Below, piece after piece: positions 9,880 through 20,686 of a DNA stretch of 64,000 nucleotides. The stretch is from Candidatus Hydrogenedentota bacterium (GTDB taxonomy: Bacteria > Hydrogenedentota > Hydrogenedentia > Hydrogenedentales > SLHB01). The stretch lies in the NCBI GenBank assembly GCA_963745075.1, contig CAVUWV010000017.1:64001-128000 (forward strand), written 5' to 3'. The notes beneath the pieces were generated by a model. It was not told the DNA's origin. It made no database searches and saw nothing but the letters and a program-made list of their open reading frames with translations. Numbering within the stretch: position 1 is the first letter of the stretch; the number at the start of each line of letters is the position of its first letter. A program made the position numbers and the translations under genes.

Positions 9880-10648
9880 TTACTTGCGCCGGCGTTTTTC
9901 ATCGTCAAACTTAAAGATATTATCCACCGCTTCGCCCACGGCGTCTACCGAATTCTTTGGCCGGGAGCGCCGACGGCCCAAAGATTCCGCCCAATTGCGG
10001 ATGTGCGGCGCTAGTTTCATGTAGGCAAAGGCAACCGCCATCCCGCCGAGATGGGTGGAAATGGCCACGTTCGACTCTCCCATCGCCTGGAGCAAGCTGA
10101 GCACGACGACAATCAGGACGATGGCGCGGGCGTTAATTGGAAACGGAAGCGGAAACAGGAAGATCTCGCGCTCCGGATACGCGAATGCGAACGCCACCAG
10201 CACGCCCAGGGTCGCCCCGCTCGCCCCGACGACGGGTGCGTCGGCGCCGCGCAGCCACCACGGAATTAGGCTCCCCATGACGCCTAACGCACCGCACAGA
10301 ATGTAAAACCGAAAGAACTGCCGGGTGCTCAGAACGCGCTCGAACGTCCGGCCCGAAGAAATACAACACCAGCATGTTGAAGAACAAATGCCCGAGTCCG
10401 CCATGAATGAACATGTACGTGAACGGCTGCCAGACAAACCCGTGTGTAAACTGATCGGGGTGGAAACCTAACAAGCCCGCCACTAGAAATCCGCCGGGAA
10501 GCGTACCGTCGCCGAAAGGAATGTTGACGATCAACTGGACGGCAAACAGGAGCACGTTCGCAAGGATGAGGCGCTGGACCGCGTACGTGATGCGGTTTCG
10601 CGGTGCGAACGTGAAGTTCTTCCGTTCTTGGTCGTAGTAACTGGTCAT
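9880..10648 (-). CDS. Rhomboid intramembrane serine protease (one +1 frameshift near 10343)
   Basis: The N-terminal half (WQPFTYMFIH, HLFFNM) and the C-terminal half (VGASG, STHLGG) are in different frames. Removing one base of the AA at 10343-10344 gives FFGPDVERVLS. Confidence 0.88.
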
Positions 10649-10780
10649 GACTCGATTCTACGTAATCCGCCCCCAGCCAAAGGGCATAAACGGCACCAGA
10701 CAGTTTTCCTCGCGCGGCGGGCGGCACTTGCCCATAGCGTGACAGATTGACCCGAGCGGAGGCAAACCGGGGTCGGCCGC

Positions 10781-11440
10781 TCAATCCCCCGCGGTGTTCG
10801 TCAGGGGGTAGGAATGGAGGGGGCCCATACGGCTGAACGGGAGGTAGATGTAATGCACCTTGCCCACAATGCTTTTCATGGGAACGGTGCGTTTCCATCT
10901 CTTCCCATTGACCGTGTCCACGTTCGGCTTGTCGGTTTCGATGGCGTGCCCCGTTTCCGGGTCGATGAGCCAATGACTTGCGTCGTCGCTCTCGTTCCGG
11001 TTGTCGCCCAAGACAAACATCTCTCCGTCGGGAACCTTTCGCGGCGGCATTTGGTAATTCATCGGCTCCCGGATGTAGGGTTCGGATGCGTATAACCCGT
11101 CGATCGCCAGATATCCATTCTCCGCAGAAATCGTGTCGCCGGGCATGCCCACGATTCGTTTGACAAGATAGCCTCCCGGTGTGAGCGGATCCGTCAGCAC
11201 GACGATATCGCCCCGGTGGTATTGCGGTTGCGGCACCGCGAACAGAAAATCGCCCGGCACGAGGGTCGGAATCATCGAGCCGGACGGTACTTCAAATGGG
11301 CGCACGCCCACGTACCCGAATTCGTAAATGAAAACGGCCGCAAAGACGAGGAATACGATATAAAAAATGCGTCTTCCCCGCGATAGACGCGTGCGCTTCG
11401 GGGCCTCGGGGGGCGGATTGGCTGCGTTTTCTGAATTCAC
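10781..11440 (-). CDS. lepB: Signal peptidase I
   Basis: PSGSMIPTL (catalytic Ser), YLVKRIVGMPGD (catalytic Lys) and FVLGDNRNESDD. Confidence 0.95.
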   Translation of the reverse strand: MNSENAANPPPEAPKRTRLSRGRRIFYIVFLVFAAVFIYEFGYVGVRPFEVPSGSMIPTLVPGDFLFAVPQPQYHRGDIVVLTDPLTPGGYLVKRIVGMPGDTISAENGYLAIDGLYASEPYIREPMNYQMPPRKVPDGEMFVLGDNRNESDDASHWLIDPETGHAIETDKPNVDTVNGKRWKRTVPMKSIVGKVHYIYLPFSRMGPLHSYPLTNTAGD

Positions 11441-12390
11441 GAAGACGTTTGATTCTTTCCGGCTTTCGCTTCGGCTTGTGTCAGCAGTTTTTGCGCCACG
11501 TCATTGGTGGGGAGGATCTTGAGGGCCTCCTTGAGGCAGGCGACCGCATGTTCGTAATCGGGAACTTCGAGCCAAACCCGCGCTTCATTCAGCCACGTGT
11601 AGAACACTTGATCGAGAGCCGTCGCGCTCTTTCGCGCATGCTGCCATGCCTTGGCTGCGTTCTTCCAGTCCGGTGTCACGCCGAACCGGTCCGCGGCGAA
11701 GAAGTTCACCGCGTAATCCTGCTGCAGCAGATAGTCCGTCGGGCGTAGTTCCGCTGCTTCCCGCGAGAGCTTCATCGCCTCCTTGAATACTTTGGCGTCA
11801 TCCCACTTGTACTCTTCTTTCACTTGCGGGAAATTGATGAGATAGGTCTGCGCGAGATTGAATTTGAAGTCCGCATTATCCGGATCAAGTTCGATAGCCT
11901 TCTTATACTCGGCGAGCCCCCTGCGATAATCCCCGGTGTGCGTGTAGAAGATGCCCAGGTTATTGTGGGGCAAGCTCAGGTCCGAATCTTCGGCGGCAGA
12001 CTGTTTCCACATGCGGATGGCCCCGGCGATCTCACCACGTTGATCGCAAAGATACTCCCCGTAGTAATTCAGCGCCCGCGCGTTCCTGGGGTAGTACTCC
12101 ATCAGGACCGAGTAAATCTTGCCCACCAGTTGTTTGCGCTGTTCGATGAGATCCATCCGCCGGCGCACTTCATCCTGGTCCCTGGATGCGGCGGCCGTCT
12201 TCGCCAGATCCTCGTCCCAACTCATTAGGGCTTGCTGCAATACGTCATAGTCGCGCACCGCCTCAACCAGCTTCGCCTCGTCGTTTACCAGCCCGTTAAG
12301 GTAGCTCACTTCGTCCGGAAACGACACGGTCGCAGCATGCGCGGGTGCGGCGATGAACGCGGTAAGGCATACGATGGAGAGCATTTTCAT
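11437..12390 (-). CDS. Exported tetratricopeptide-repeat protein
   Basis: Signal peptide ending AHA; TPR-like helices (HNNLGIFY...YKKAIELDPDNADFKFNLA). Confidence 0.82.
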   Translation of the reverse strand: MKMLSIVCLTAFIAAPAHAATVSFPDEVSYLNGLVNDEAKLVEAVRDYDVLQQALMSWDEDLAKTAAASRDQDEVRRRMDLIEQRKQLVGKIYSVLMEYYPRNARALNYYGEYLCDQRGEIAGAIRMWKQSAAEDSDLSLPHNNLGIFYTHTGDYRRGLAEYKKAIELDPDNADFKFNLAQTYLINFPQVKEEYKWDDAKVFKEAMKLSREAAELRPTDYLLQQDYAVNFFAADRFGVTPDWKNAAKAWQHARKSATALDQVFYTWLNEARVWLEVPDYEHAVACLKEALKILPTNDVAQKLLTQAEAKAGKNQTSS

Positions 12391-12470
12391 GACAAACCTC
12401 GCTTCGGGTTGGAGGAAGTTTCAGCGTATGTCGGAAACAGTATACAATTCGGTCCCGCACAAAACCCATG

Positions 12471-13448
12471 TCACCGTTGGGACCGCCACCACACGTACGC
12501 GTTCACCGCTCGCTGCTGCCGGAACCCGAGACGTTCGTACAACCGCCGAGCCGGATTGCCCACCGTGACGCCCAACGCTATCTGGCGAAAACCAGCCTCG
12601 CAAAAGCACTGTGCAACTTCGCGCAGCAACACGGCGCCCAGACCCCGGTTCTGGTACGGCGGCTCGACAACGACTTGCAACACGAAACCGACGCCCGGCG
12701 CGATTTCGCTGCCGACCAGACCGGCAACGATCCGGCCGTCACGCTGGACAACCCGCGTAAACGCCGCCCGCGTTGTGCCGAACGCGCCGACCATGGCGCT
12801 CTCGAGAAACGCGACGGCCCCTTCATGACTGCGTACCTCGACGTGCAAATCGCGTCCGGGGTGGTCCCGGTAAGCCTCCACAATGACGTCGGCCAGCGCC
12901 TCAACCTCCTCCCGGACGAGAGGGCGGCTTTCCTTGAGTGTCGGCCGCGCAATGCCCTCCGCTCTGAGGTCAGCAATCATGAGCAAACGCGGAATGCGGC
13001 GAAAACCGAGCGACAAGAACGGGCCGTCGAGGTCCAGCGGCGCCATCGGAATGGCTTCGCAGATGATCCCCTCTACATCCTTGGACCGCAGTTGCTCCAC
13101 CAATCCGCGAATCAACGCCGGGCCGGACCCGCGCTCTAACGCACCCCGCAGGACGTGAATCAGGGTTACCTGCGCCACCTTCGACCGGTTCACAGCGACG
13201 GCAAGCCCGTCGCAGGTTCTTGTTTCTTCCCGGTTTGCCAACGCCGCTGCGGTACGCGCCGCGCCCACCGCCGTCACGGAAGGGTGCGTGAGCGAAGCGC
13301 GAATCGCCTGGGGCGCTACCAATTGATAATGCGTTGCCGCGTCAGGCCCGTAAAGTTCGGACAGGCCCTCCCCGATCTCGTCAATGAATTCGCCCAGATT
13401 TCCGGGAGCACGCGATAAGGGTTCGACCCGCTGCATGGAGGTGTTCAC
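12471..13448 (-). CDS. Tandem GNAT-family acetyltransferase
   Basis: C-terminal VVVEPPYQNRGLG...NPARRLYERLGF and a degenerate N-terminal GNAT copy. Confidence 0.85.
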   Translation of the reverse strand: MNTSMQRVEPLSRAPGNLGEFIDEIGEGLSELYGPDAATHYQLVAPQAIRASLTHPSVTAVGAARTAAALANREETRTCDGLAVAVNRSKVAQVTLIHVLRGALERGSGPALIRGLVEQLRSKDVEGIICEAIPMAPLDLDGPFLSLGFRRIPRLLMIADLRAEGIARPTLKESRPLVREEVEALADVIVEAYRDHPGRDLHVEVRSHEGAVAFLESAMVGAFGTTRAAFTRVVQRDGRIVAGLVGSEIAPGVGFVLQVVVEPPYQNRGLGAVLLREVAQCFCEAGFRQIALGVTVGNPARRLYERLGFRQQRAVNAYVWWRSQR

Positions 13449-13685
13449 GGTATGCTCGCACCCAATGGAATTTGCTTGTCTCGCGGCACATGGTAGCTGC
13501 CCTGTATATGCGTGTCAACGATTCTCCCTCCGTTCGCATCAAACACGATGGCTTTTGCCCAACTGAGCGGGGACTTTCGATCTGTATGCGACAATTCCCG
13601 TCCGGGACTTTTATTGCATAAATGCTTATTTTGTAGTTGGTTAGATCGAATATGGTGTTACCTCCCCCAGAATGTCATCGCCCGT

Positions 13686-13753
13686 TTCGGATGTCCGAAT
13701 GAAAAATTAGATTGACTTGTTGTTAAATTTCGATATAATTCGATTATCTAATT
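13686..13753 (+). promoter_or_regulatory. Sigma70 promoter with flanking palindromes (candidate MarR operators)
   Basis: TTGACT(13712)-N16-TATAAT(13734). Palindromes TTCGGA-TG-TCCGAA (13686-13699) and AATTCGATTATCTAATT (13737-13753). Confidence 0.55.
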
Positions 13754-13782
13754 ATTTGACGACCTTACTGGAAGAAAAAACG

Positions 13783-14289
13783 ATGAATGCAAACGTCTTC
13801 GAACAGGCGCGGTACGTTTTCGATACCGTGCGGATGCTCCAGGCCCGGATGGCCTCCCGCCACGCCGAATTGAACCCTTGTTGTGGGAAAGTGGGGGAGA
13901 TGCACGAACTGACCATTCCCCAAATGAATATGCTGAACAAGATTCGGGACTTGGGAGGCGCGACGATCAAGGACTTGGCGGTCGCCTTGCACGTGTCGGC
14001 CCCGTCGGCGTCGGCCATGGTCGAGCGGTTGGTGGAAATGGGCGTGGCGACACGCGAGCAGAGTCAGGTGGATCGGCGCGAAGTGGTGGTCCGCCTTTCC
14101 CCCGACGGTGAGCATACCCTCTCCGTAATGGAGAAGCAGATTCTCGAGTCCATTGTGGAGTTGCTGAAGGGGGTCGGTCCCGTGCACGCCCAGATGTGGT
14201 GCGACGTGTACGAACGAATCCGCGACGTGTTAAATCGGGAGCAGGTCGGCCGCGATCGCGGCGCCGGCCGGGAAGTTGAGAGCGTATGA
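13783..14289 (+). CDS. MarR-family transcriptional regulator
   Basis: LTIPQ...TIKDLA...SAPSASAMVERLVEMG...DRREVVVRLSPDG winged HTH. Confidence 0.93.
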   Translation: MNANVFEQARYVFDTVRMLQARMASRHAELNPCCGKVGEMHELTIPQMNMLNKIRDLGGATIKDLAVALHVSAPSASAMVERLVEMGVATREQSQVDRREVVVRLSPDGEHTLSVMEKQILESIVELLKGVGPVHAQMWCDVYERIRDVLNREQVGRDRGAGREVESV

Positions 14290-15671
14290 GTCGAATCAGC
14301 AAGCGGATCATCATTTCCGTCGTGGGCTGCGCGATGATGGTGTTGCTGGGGTTCACGGGTAAGGCGATTCTTGCAAGTTTTCGAAAGCCTCCCGCGCAAG
14401 TGAAAACCACCGAGCGGGTAATTCGCGTGGAAGCGACACGCGTACAACCCTCGGAAGTTCCCATCACCATAACCGGTTTTGGGGAGGTGCAGCCGCTCAA
14501 CACCGTTACCATAACCCCGGAAGTCGGCGGGCAAATCGTGGAGATTCACCCGAAGCTCGAAGTGGGAATGCTGATCCCGAAAGGAGAAACCCTCTTTGTC
14601 GTCGATCCCCGCACCTACGACGCACGAGTGAAGGTGGGCGAAGCGGCCGTAGCGCAGGCGGAGGCTTCGTTGTCACGGCTCAAAAAACAGTACACGACCG
14701 ATAAGGCGCGTTTGGCCACGCTTGAACGAACGCGGGATTTGGCCAAAGCCGAATACGAACGCCGGAGCCGCCTGATGAAAGAAGATCAGGTCGGCACTCA
14801 GTCCGCTGTCGATGCGGCCGAACAGGCGTGGAATGGGGCGCAGGATGCGTACGACCAATTGGATCAGGCAGTCACCCTCTATCCAATGCGAGTGAAGGAA
14901 GCGGAGAGCGCCCTCGCATCGGCCCGCGCAAACCTGGAAACGGCACGTATCGATCTGAAACGGACCCACGTCGTGGCGCCCTTCGACGCCCGCGTCAAAT
15001 CGGTCAATCTGGAGAAGGGGCAATACGTGGGTTCGGGCGGTTTCGGCGGGGCCGGCGGTCCGGTTCTTGAACTGGCCGACGATTCCGTGTTGGAGCTTTC
15101 CGTTCCGCTGGACAGCCGGGAAGCGCGGCGCTGGCTGCGATTCAATGGCGAGAAAAACGCGTCTGACCTGGCCTGGTTCAGAAACCTCAAGCCCGTCCCC
15201 TGTACGATTCGGTGGACCGAGGATCCGGAAAGCCACTGTTGGGAAGGGTCCCTGGACCGAGTGGAGCAATTCGACCCCGAGACGCGCACCTTAACCGTCG
15301 CCGTTCGGGTGGACGGTTCGAACGCGTTGTCAAAAGACGATGCCGCGCTCCCGCTGGTTGAAGGCATGTTTTGTTCCGTGGAGATTCCCGGAAAAGTGCT
15401 TGAGGGCGCATACCGCTTGCCAAACAGCGCCGTATCCTTCGAGAACACGGTTTACCTCTCGGTTGACGGGCGGCTACGCACCGCGCCGGTCGAAGTGTCT
15501 CATCGAACCGGAGATTATGTTTGTGTGACCGGCGGTCTGAAGCCCGGCGACATCGTCGTGACGACGCGATTGACCAACCCGCTCGAGAACACGCTTCTTG
15601 ACCTCGAACTCGCGGGCGAGACCAAGGCATTGCCGAAATCCACGGCTGGCACGAATGAGGAAGCCGCGTAG
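14286..15671 (+). CDS. RND efflux periplasmic adaptor (MFP)
   Basis: N-terminal anchor, ITPEVGGQIV lipoyl half, coiled coil, VVAPFDARV and DPETRTL. Confidence 0.93.
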   Translation: MSRISKRIIISVVGCAMMVLLGFTGKAILASFRKPPAQVKTTERVIRVEATRVQPSEVPITITGFGEVQPLNTVTITPEVGGQIVEIHPKLEVGMLIPKGETLFVVDPRTYDARVKVGEAAVAQAEASLSRLKKQYTTDKARLATLERTRDLAKAEYERRSRLMKEDQVGTQSAVDAAEQAWNGAQDAYDQLDQAVTLYPMRVKEAESALASARANLETARIDLKRTHVVAPFDARVKSVNLEKGQYVGSGGFGGAGGPVLELADDSVLELSVPLDSREARRWLRFNGEKNASDLAWFRNLKPVPCTIRWTEDPESHCWEGSLDRVEQFDPETRTLTVAVRVDGSNALSKDDAALPLVEGMFCSVEIPGKVLEGAYRLPNSAVSFENTVYLSVDGRLRTAPVEVSHRTGDYVCVTGGLKPGDIVVTTRLTNPLENTLLDLELAGETKALPKSTAGTNEEAA

Positions 15672-18600
15672 TGAAAGCGTTGATTCGCAGACTGATCAGC
15701 AACAACGTCTTTGCCAACGTCGTTCTGATCATCATCATAATCACAGGGATTGTCTCGGCGAAACGTATGGTTCGCGAGTTCTTTCCCGAGTTCTCCGTCG
15801 AAACGATCTTTGTGGAAGTTCCCTATCCCGGCGCCGATCCGGAGGAGGTGGAGGAGGGGATCAGCCGGAAAATCGAGGAGGAGGTCGACAGTCTCGAAGG
15901 TATCAAACGCTATACGACCGTGTCCTCCGAGAATATCGCGCGCACCATCATCGAAGTCCGGGAAGATTACCCCGTGGATGAGGTCTACGACCGCGTACGG
16001 AACGCCGTGGATTCCATCTCGACCTTCCCGGTCGACGCGGAGAAACCCATTCTGTCCCAACTGACACTGCGCAACGAAGTGCTCTACCTTGCCCTTTGGG
16101 GGAACCAGAGCGAGCGGGTCATGAAGGAGTGGGCGGAGCGCATCAAGGACGAACTGCAGCAGCTTCCCGGGTTGTCCCAGGTCACCGTGTTCGGCACGCG
16201 GGACTACGAAATCTCCATCGAAGTCTCCGAGGACCGGCTGCGCGAATACGGCCTTTCCTTCGACCAAGTGGCGTCGGCGGTGCGCCGGGGCAGTATGAAC
16301 CTGTCCGCCGGCACGATCCGCACGCAGGACGAAGAAATCCGTCTGCGCACCATCGGTCGCAGCTATACGGGCGCGGACTTCGCCAAGATTGTCGTTTTGG
16401 CCAAGCCGGACGGCGATATCATTACCCTGGATCGTGTCGCGGACATCCGCGACGGATTCACGGAGGACCCTATCGAAGCGACCTTTAATGGCGAACCCGC
16501 CGTTATGCTGGGCATTTATAAAACCCAGGAAGAAGACGCCATCGCTATCGCTGATACCGTGACCGAGTACATGAAAGAAAAAACCCCCTCCCTGCCCGAA
16601 GGCGTGCATATCTCGCCCTGGAGCAACCGGTCCGATCTGATTCGCGACCGCATTTCGCTGTTGACGCGAAACGGCATTATGGGGTTGTGTCTCGTCTTCA
16701 TCCTGTTGTGGACCTTCCTGGACTTGCGCCTCAGCTTCTGGGTTGCCATGGGTATTCCCATATCGCTTTCGGGCGCCATGGCGTTGATGTACATGGTTGG
16801 CGGCACGATCAACATGATCTCCTTGTTCGGACTGATCATGGTGCTGGGGATCATCGTGGACGATGCCATCGTCGTCGGGGAGGCAATCTACGTTCATCGC
16901 AAGAACGGCGATCCGCCATTGACCGCTGCGGTGAACGGTGTCTGCGAAGTCGGCCTGCCCGTAATCGCGGCCGTGTTGACCACCGTTGTCGCGTTCATTC
17001 CGCTCGGCTTCGTCGGTGGCGTCATGGGTAAATTCATCGCAATCCTTCCGTTGGTCGTGATTGCGGCGCTCCTCGTGTCGCTAATCGAGGGGCTTTTCCT
17101 CCTACCGGCCCATTTGAGCCACCTGCCGGATATGAACGCCGACGTGGGCCCGGGCCATCCCTGGAAACGGCGGGCCAAGCGGATTCGCCGCGGCATCAGC
17201 AATGGCCTTGAGTATTTTGCCGACCATATCTACCGGCCCTTCGCTGAGAAGACCATACGCTGGCGGTACATCACGTTCTCCATCGCGATTTGTGCCATGT
17301 TGCTGGCCACCGGTCTCTTCGAAGCCGGATTCCTGCATTTCGTGATGTTCAGTCGCGTCGACGGAAACGATGTCGTCGCTTCCATCGAGTTTCCCCAAGG
17401 AACGCCCTTCGAGGTTACCCGCGATGCCGTCGAGAAAACACAAAAAGCACTCGAGCGTGTCGCCACCAAAATGGAGACGATTAGCGGCGACCCTCTAATC
17501 CAGAATATCTATGCGGTCACCGGCGAAGCGGGGGAAGGATTCGAGGCCCGGCAAGGTCCCAACATGGGAAGCGTGCGGGTCGAATTACTTCCCACCGAAA
17601 AGCGTGGGATCTACTCCGAAGACATCAACGTGGCTTGGGAAAAGGAAGTAGGTCCCATTCCCGGCGCCCTGTCCCAAACCTTTACCGGGCTTGAATCGGG
17701 CCCTCCGGGGTCGGCCATCGAGGTTTGGCTGCAAGGTGAAGACATGGACGTCCTGCTCGCCGCCGCCGAACAAATCAAGGATAAGCTGCGCGCCTACGAC
17801 GGGGTCTACCAGATCTCCGACGACTTCCGGCCCGGTAAGAACGAACTACAATTCAACATTAAGCCGGAGGCACGGGCGCTTGGCCTTACGCTGGACGATC
17901 TGGCCCGGCAAGTCTACGCCGGGTACTTCGGCGAAGAAGCGCTGCGGCTGCAACGCGGCCGGGACGACATCCGAGTACGGGTGCGGTACACCGAAGACGA
18001 AAGGCGCACCGTGGCCGATCTGGACAAGGTACGGATTCGCACCCCGCAGGGCTATGAAGTCCCGTTGTTTTCCGTGGCCGATGTGAAATATGCGCGCGGC
18101 TTCTCCAGCATCACCCGCGTCGATGGTCTGCGACTCGTCAAGGTGACGGCCGAAGTGGATACCAAGCGAGCCAACGCGGATAACGTGCTCAACGACTTGG
18201 AGGAGTCGGGCTACCTTCCCAATCTCCGGAAGCAAATCCCGGGATTCTCCTATGCCTTCGAGGGACCGAAAAAGGATAGTCGCGACGCGTTCGCCGGGCT
18301 TGCTATCGGATTTCCCATCGCCATGTTCGGCATCTACATCATCATCGCTACAATCTTCCGCTCTTACATACAACCCCTGATCGTGATGATCACGGTCCCC
18401 TTTGGCTTCATCGGGGCCATGCTCGGCCACTTGGCTCTTGGATATGACCTCACGATCATGAGCGTCTTCGGGATGGTCGCGCTGGCGGGCGTCGTGGTGA
18501 ACGATGCCATCGTCTTGATCGAGTGTTTCAACGCGCTTATCGCCGAAGGCGTGCCCTTTTTCGAGGCGTTGCCCCGCGCGGGAGCCCGGCGTTTTCGCGC

Positions 18601-18913
18601 GGTTATGCTGACGACCGTTACCACCGTCGGAGGCTTGACACCGCTCATTATGGAGCAGGACTTGCAGGCTCAGTTCCTGATTCCTATGGCGGTTACGATT
18701 GCCGCGGGTGTGGCATTTGCCACGCTGCTCACGCTGCTGTTCATCCCGTGTATGCTCGGTGTCTTAAGCGACTTCCGGCGAATCTTCCATTACCTGAGAT
18801 ATCGAACCTGGGTCGCCGCGGAAGATTTGGAACCGGCCCGCAGACGATACGTCGACGAGGATGACGCCGGATCTTCCGGCGCGACTCCTCAGACCGTCGC
18901 GATCGGAAAGTAA
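15671..18913 (+). CDS. RND efflux permease (AcrB/AcrD/AcrF family)
   Basis: 1080 aa. GIIVDDAIVVGE, GVVVNDAIVL and RFRAVMLTTVTT motifs. Confidence 0.96.
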   Translation: MKALIRRLISNNVFANVVLIIIIITGIVSAKRMVREFFPEFSVETIFVEVPYPGADPEEVEEGISRKIEEEVDSLEGIKRYTTVSSENIARTIIEVREDYPVDEVYDRVRNAVDSISTFPVDAEKPILSQLTLRNEVLYLALWGNQSERVMKEWAERIKDELQQLPGLSQVTVFGTRDYEISIEVSEDRLREYGLSFDQVASAVRRGSMNLSAGTIRTQDEEIRLRTIGRSYTGADFAKIVVLAKPDGDIITLDRVADIRDGFTEDPIEATFNGEPAVMLGIYKTQEEDAIAIADTVTEYMKEKTPSLPEGVHISPWSNRSDLIRDRISLLTRNGIMGLCLVFILLWTFLDLRLSFWVAMGIPISLSGAMALMYMVGGTINMISLFGLIMVLGIIVDDAIVVGEAIYVHRKNGDPPLTAAVNGVCEVGLPVIAAVLTTVVAFIPLGFVGGVMGKFIAILPLVVIAALLVSLIEGLFLLPAHLSHLPDMNADVGPGHPWKRRAKRIRRGISNGLEYFADHIYRPFAEKTIRWRYITFSIAICAMLLATGLFEAGFLHFVMFSRVDGNDVVASIEFPQGTPFEVTRDAVEKTQKALERVATKMETISGDPLIQNIYAVTGEAGEGFEARQGPNMGSVRVELLPTEKRGIYSEDINVAWEKEVGPIPGALSQTFTGLESGPPGSAIEVWLQGEDMDVLLAAAEQIKDKLRAYDGVYQISDDFRPGKNELQFNIKPEARALGLTLDDLARQVYAGYFGEEALRLQRGRDDIRVRVRYTEDERRTVADLDKVRIRTPQGYEVPLFSVADVKYARGFSSITRVDGLRLVKVTAEVDTKRANADNVLNDLEESGYLPNLRKQIPGFSYAFEGPKKDSRDAFAGLAIGFPIAMFGIYIIIATIFRSYIQPLIVMITVPFGFIGAMLGHLALGYDLTIMSVFGMVALAGVVVNDAIVLIECFNALIAEGVPFFEALPRAGARRFRAVMLTTVTTVGGLTPLIMEQDLQAQFLIPMAVTIAAGVAFATLLTLLFIPCMLGVLSDFRRIFHYLRYRTWVAAEDLEPARRRYVDEDDAGSSGATPQTVAIGK

Positions 18914-18966
18914 TTCCTGGCCGGACGCAGGGTACGGCTACCATTGTTTTGCAGAAGGATGAGAAC

Positions 18967-20679
18967 ATGACCCAAACCCTCGTTGCCTTTACCTTGGTGT
19001 TGACACAGTCGTTCGTTCCGGCGGCCGCGGATTCGCCGGAATCCTCCGGGGATTCCACAGCAACCCAGAGTGTCGAGTCCATTGAGGGGGAATCGAAAAC
19101 CCCGTTGAAGGCCTTGGCGCCTCTCGATTCAGAGTCTACGGAAGGCAAAACCATCTTGGATCTGGACATGGCCGAACAGTTGGCCATCGCAGACAACCCT
19201 TCTCTGAAGGCTGCGGAAGCGCGAATCGCGCAGGCGAAAGCCCGCGTACGCCAAGCTATGGCGCAATGGTATCCGCAGCTCGATCTCCTGGCCTCGGCGA
19301 CCGATACCTGGCTTTCCGAACGGGACTATCTGAACGCGAAACGCGCCGCCTCGAATGGTCTCTGGTCCCAATGGGCCTTGGGTACGCAATCCCGCCTTCA
19401 GGGACAAATTGTGTCGAACGTCAGCCAGGTCTTGAATGGCATTACATCCCTCGTGCTTCCGAATTCCGGTCAGGGGACTCAGCAGGGGTACGGCGCGTCA
19501 ACACCGGCGTTGACCAACGCCCAAATCACGCAAGACTTTCTCGACACGGGTCTGATGAGCATCAAGAGCCGCGGATTGGTGGACGATTCCTATGAGAGTT
19601 ACAGCATACGCCTCGTCGCTTCGTGGATGATGTTCAACGGATTCGAGCGTAAGTTCGCTATTGCCGAGGCCAAATATGGCGCCAAGGAGTTGGAGTCCGC
19701 GTTCGAGGAGGCACAACGGTTGCTGCTCTCTGCGGTTGCGCAGACTTTTCACTCCGCGCAACTCGCTCGCGAGAATATCCGCATCGCCGAGGCCGACCAG
19801 TCATTCAATGAACGCCAGTTGAAAGAAGCGAAAGCGCGCCGTCGGGTGGGCACGGGATCCCTCAGCGACGAACTCAACTTCGAGGTGCGGGTGAACGCGG
19901 CCCGCGCAAACCTCATTCAGGCCTACCAGGACTACAACGTCGCGCTTATTGCCTTGTCTGAACTGCTGGCATTTCCCGATGCGCGGTTCCCAGAAGACTA
20001 CGCACTCGCGCCATTGCAACCCGAAACGCTGGAAGATCTCAATCCCCCCGATCCGGATGGGTTGGTTACGGTGGCCAAGTCCACCCGGCCCGATCTGGCC
20101 GGCAGCGAATACGCTGTCAAGCGAACGGACGCTGGCGTCGGACGGGCAAAGGCCCCGTTCTATCCCACCGTCACCGCGCAAGCCTCCAAGGACGGATTTC
20201 GGTCGGACAACTACAAGTTCGGGGAGAAGGATTTTGCCACCTCCGTGGGCGTCAACCTTCGGTACAACCTGTACGCCGGTGGCAGCAAAGGCGCCCGCGT
20301 CACCGAGGCCAAGGCACAGCGGACGGAAGCCGAACACCTGCTGCACGACACGAAGCTGGCCGTCGCCAGTGAGGTGCGTCGTGCCGTCGAGCAGCTCCGC
20401 GCCGCCCAGGAACAACTGGTCCTGCAACGGGCCAATGCCGTATTCGTTCAACGCAACCGCGACCTCGTGGAGAAAGAGTACCGGGGCGGCGTCGGTTCGT
20501 TGGTCCGGTTGAACGAAGCCCAGCGGGATCTCGTATCCGCGGAGGGCACCTTGGCCACCGCTCGCGTTCAACTCCGCCAGGCGTGGTACGACGTGCACAC
20601 GGCCACCGGGGAAACGATAACGTCCTTCATATCGGACGGTGTCGACACGACGGTGGTGGAACCGAACGCGGACGAGTAA
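18967..20679 (+). CDS. TolC-family outer-membrane efflux protein
   Basis: Two OEP repeats (AIADNPSLKAA...WYPQL; RPDL...FYPTV); last gene of the RND operon. Confidence 0.9.
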   Translation: MTQTLVAFTLVLTQSFVPAAADSPESSGDSTATQSVESIEGESKTPLKALAPLDSESTEGKTILDLDMAEQLAIADNPSLKAAEARIAQAKARVRQAMAQWYPQLDLLASATDTWLSERDYLNAKRAASNGLWSQWALGTQSRLQGQIVSNVSQVLNGITSLVLPNSGQGTQQGYGASTPALTNAQITQDFLDTGLMSIKSRGLVDDSYESYSIRLVASWMMFNGFERKFAIAEAKYGAKELESAFEEAQRLLLSAVAQTFHSAQLARENIRIAEADQSFNERQLKEAKARRRVGTGSLSDELNFEVRVNAARANLIQAYQDYNVALIALSELLAFPDARFPEDYALAPLQPETLEDLNPPDPDGLVTVAKSTRPDLAGSEYAVKRTDAGVGRAKAPFYPTVTAQASKDGFRSDNYKFGEKDFATSVGVNLRYNLYAGGSKGARVTEAKAQRTEAEHLLHDTKLAVASEVRRAVEQLRAAQEQLVLQRANAVFVQRNRDLVEKEYRGGVGSLVRLNEAQRDLVSAEGTLATARVQLRQAWYDVHTATGETITSFISDGVDTTVVEPNADE

Positions 20680-20686
20680 CGAAAGG

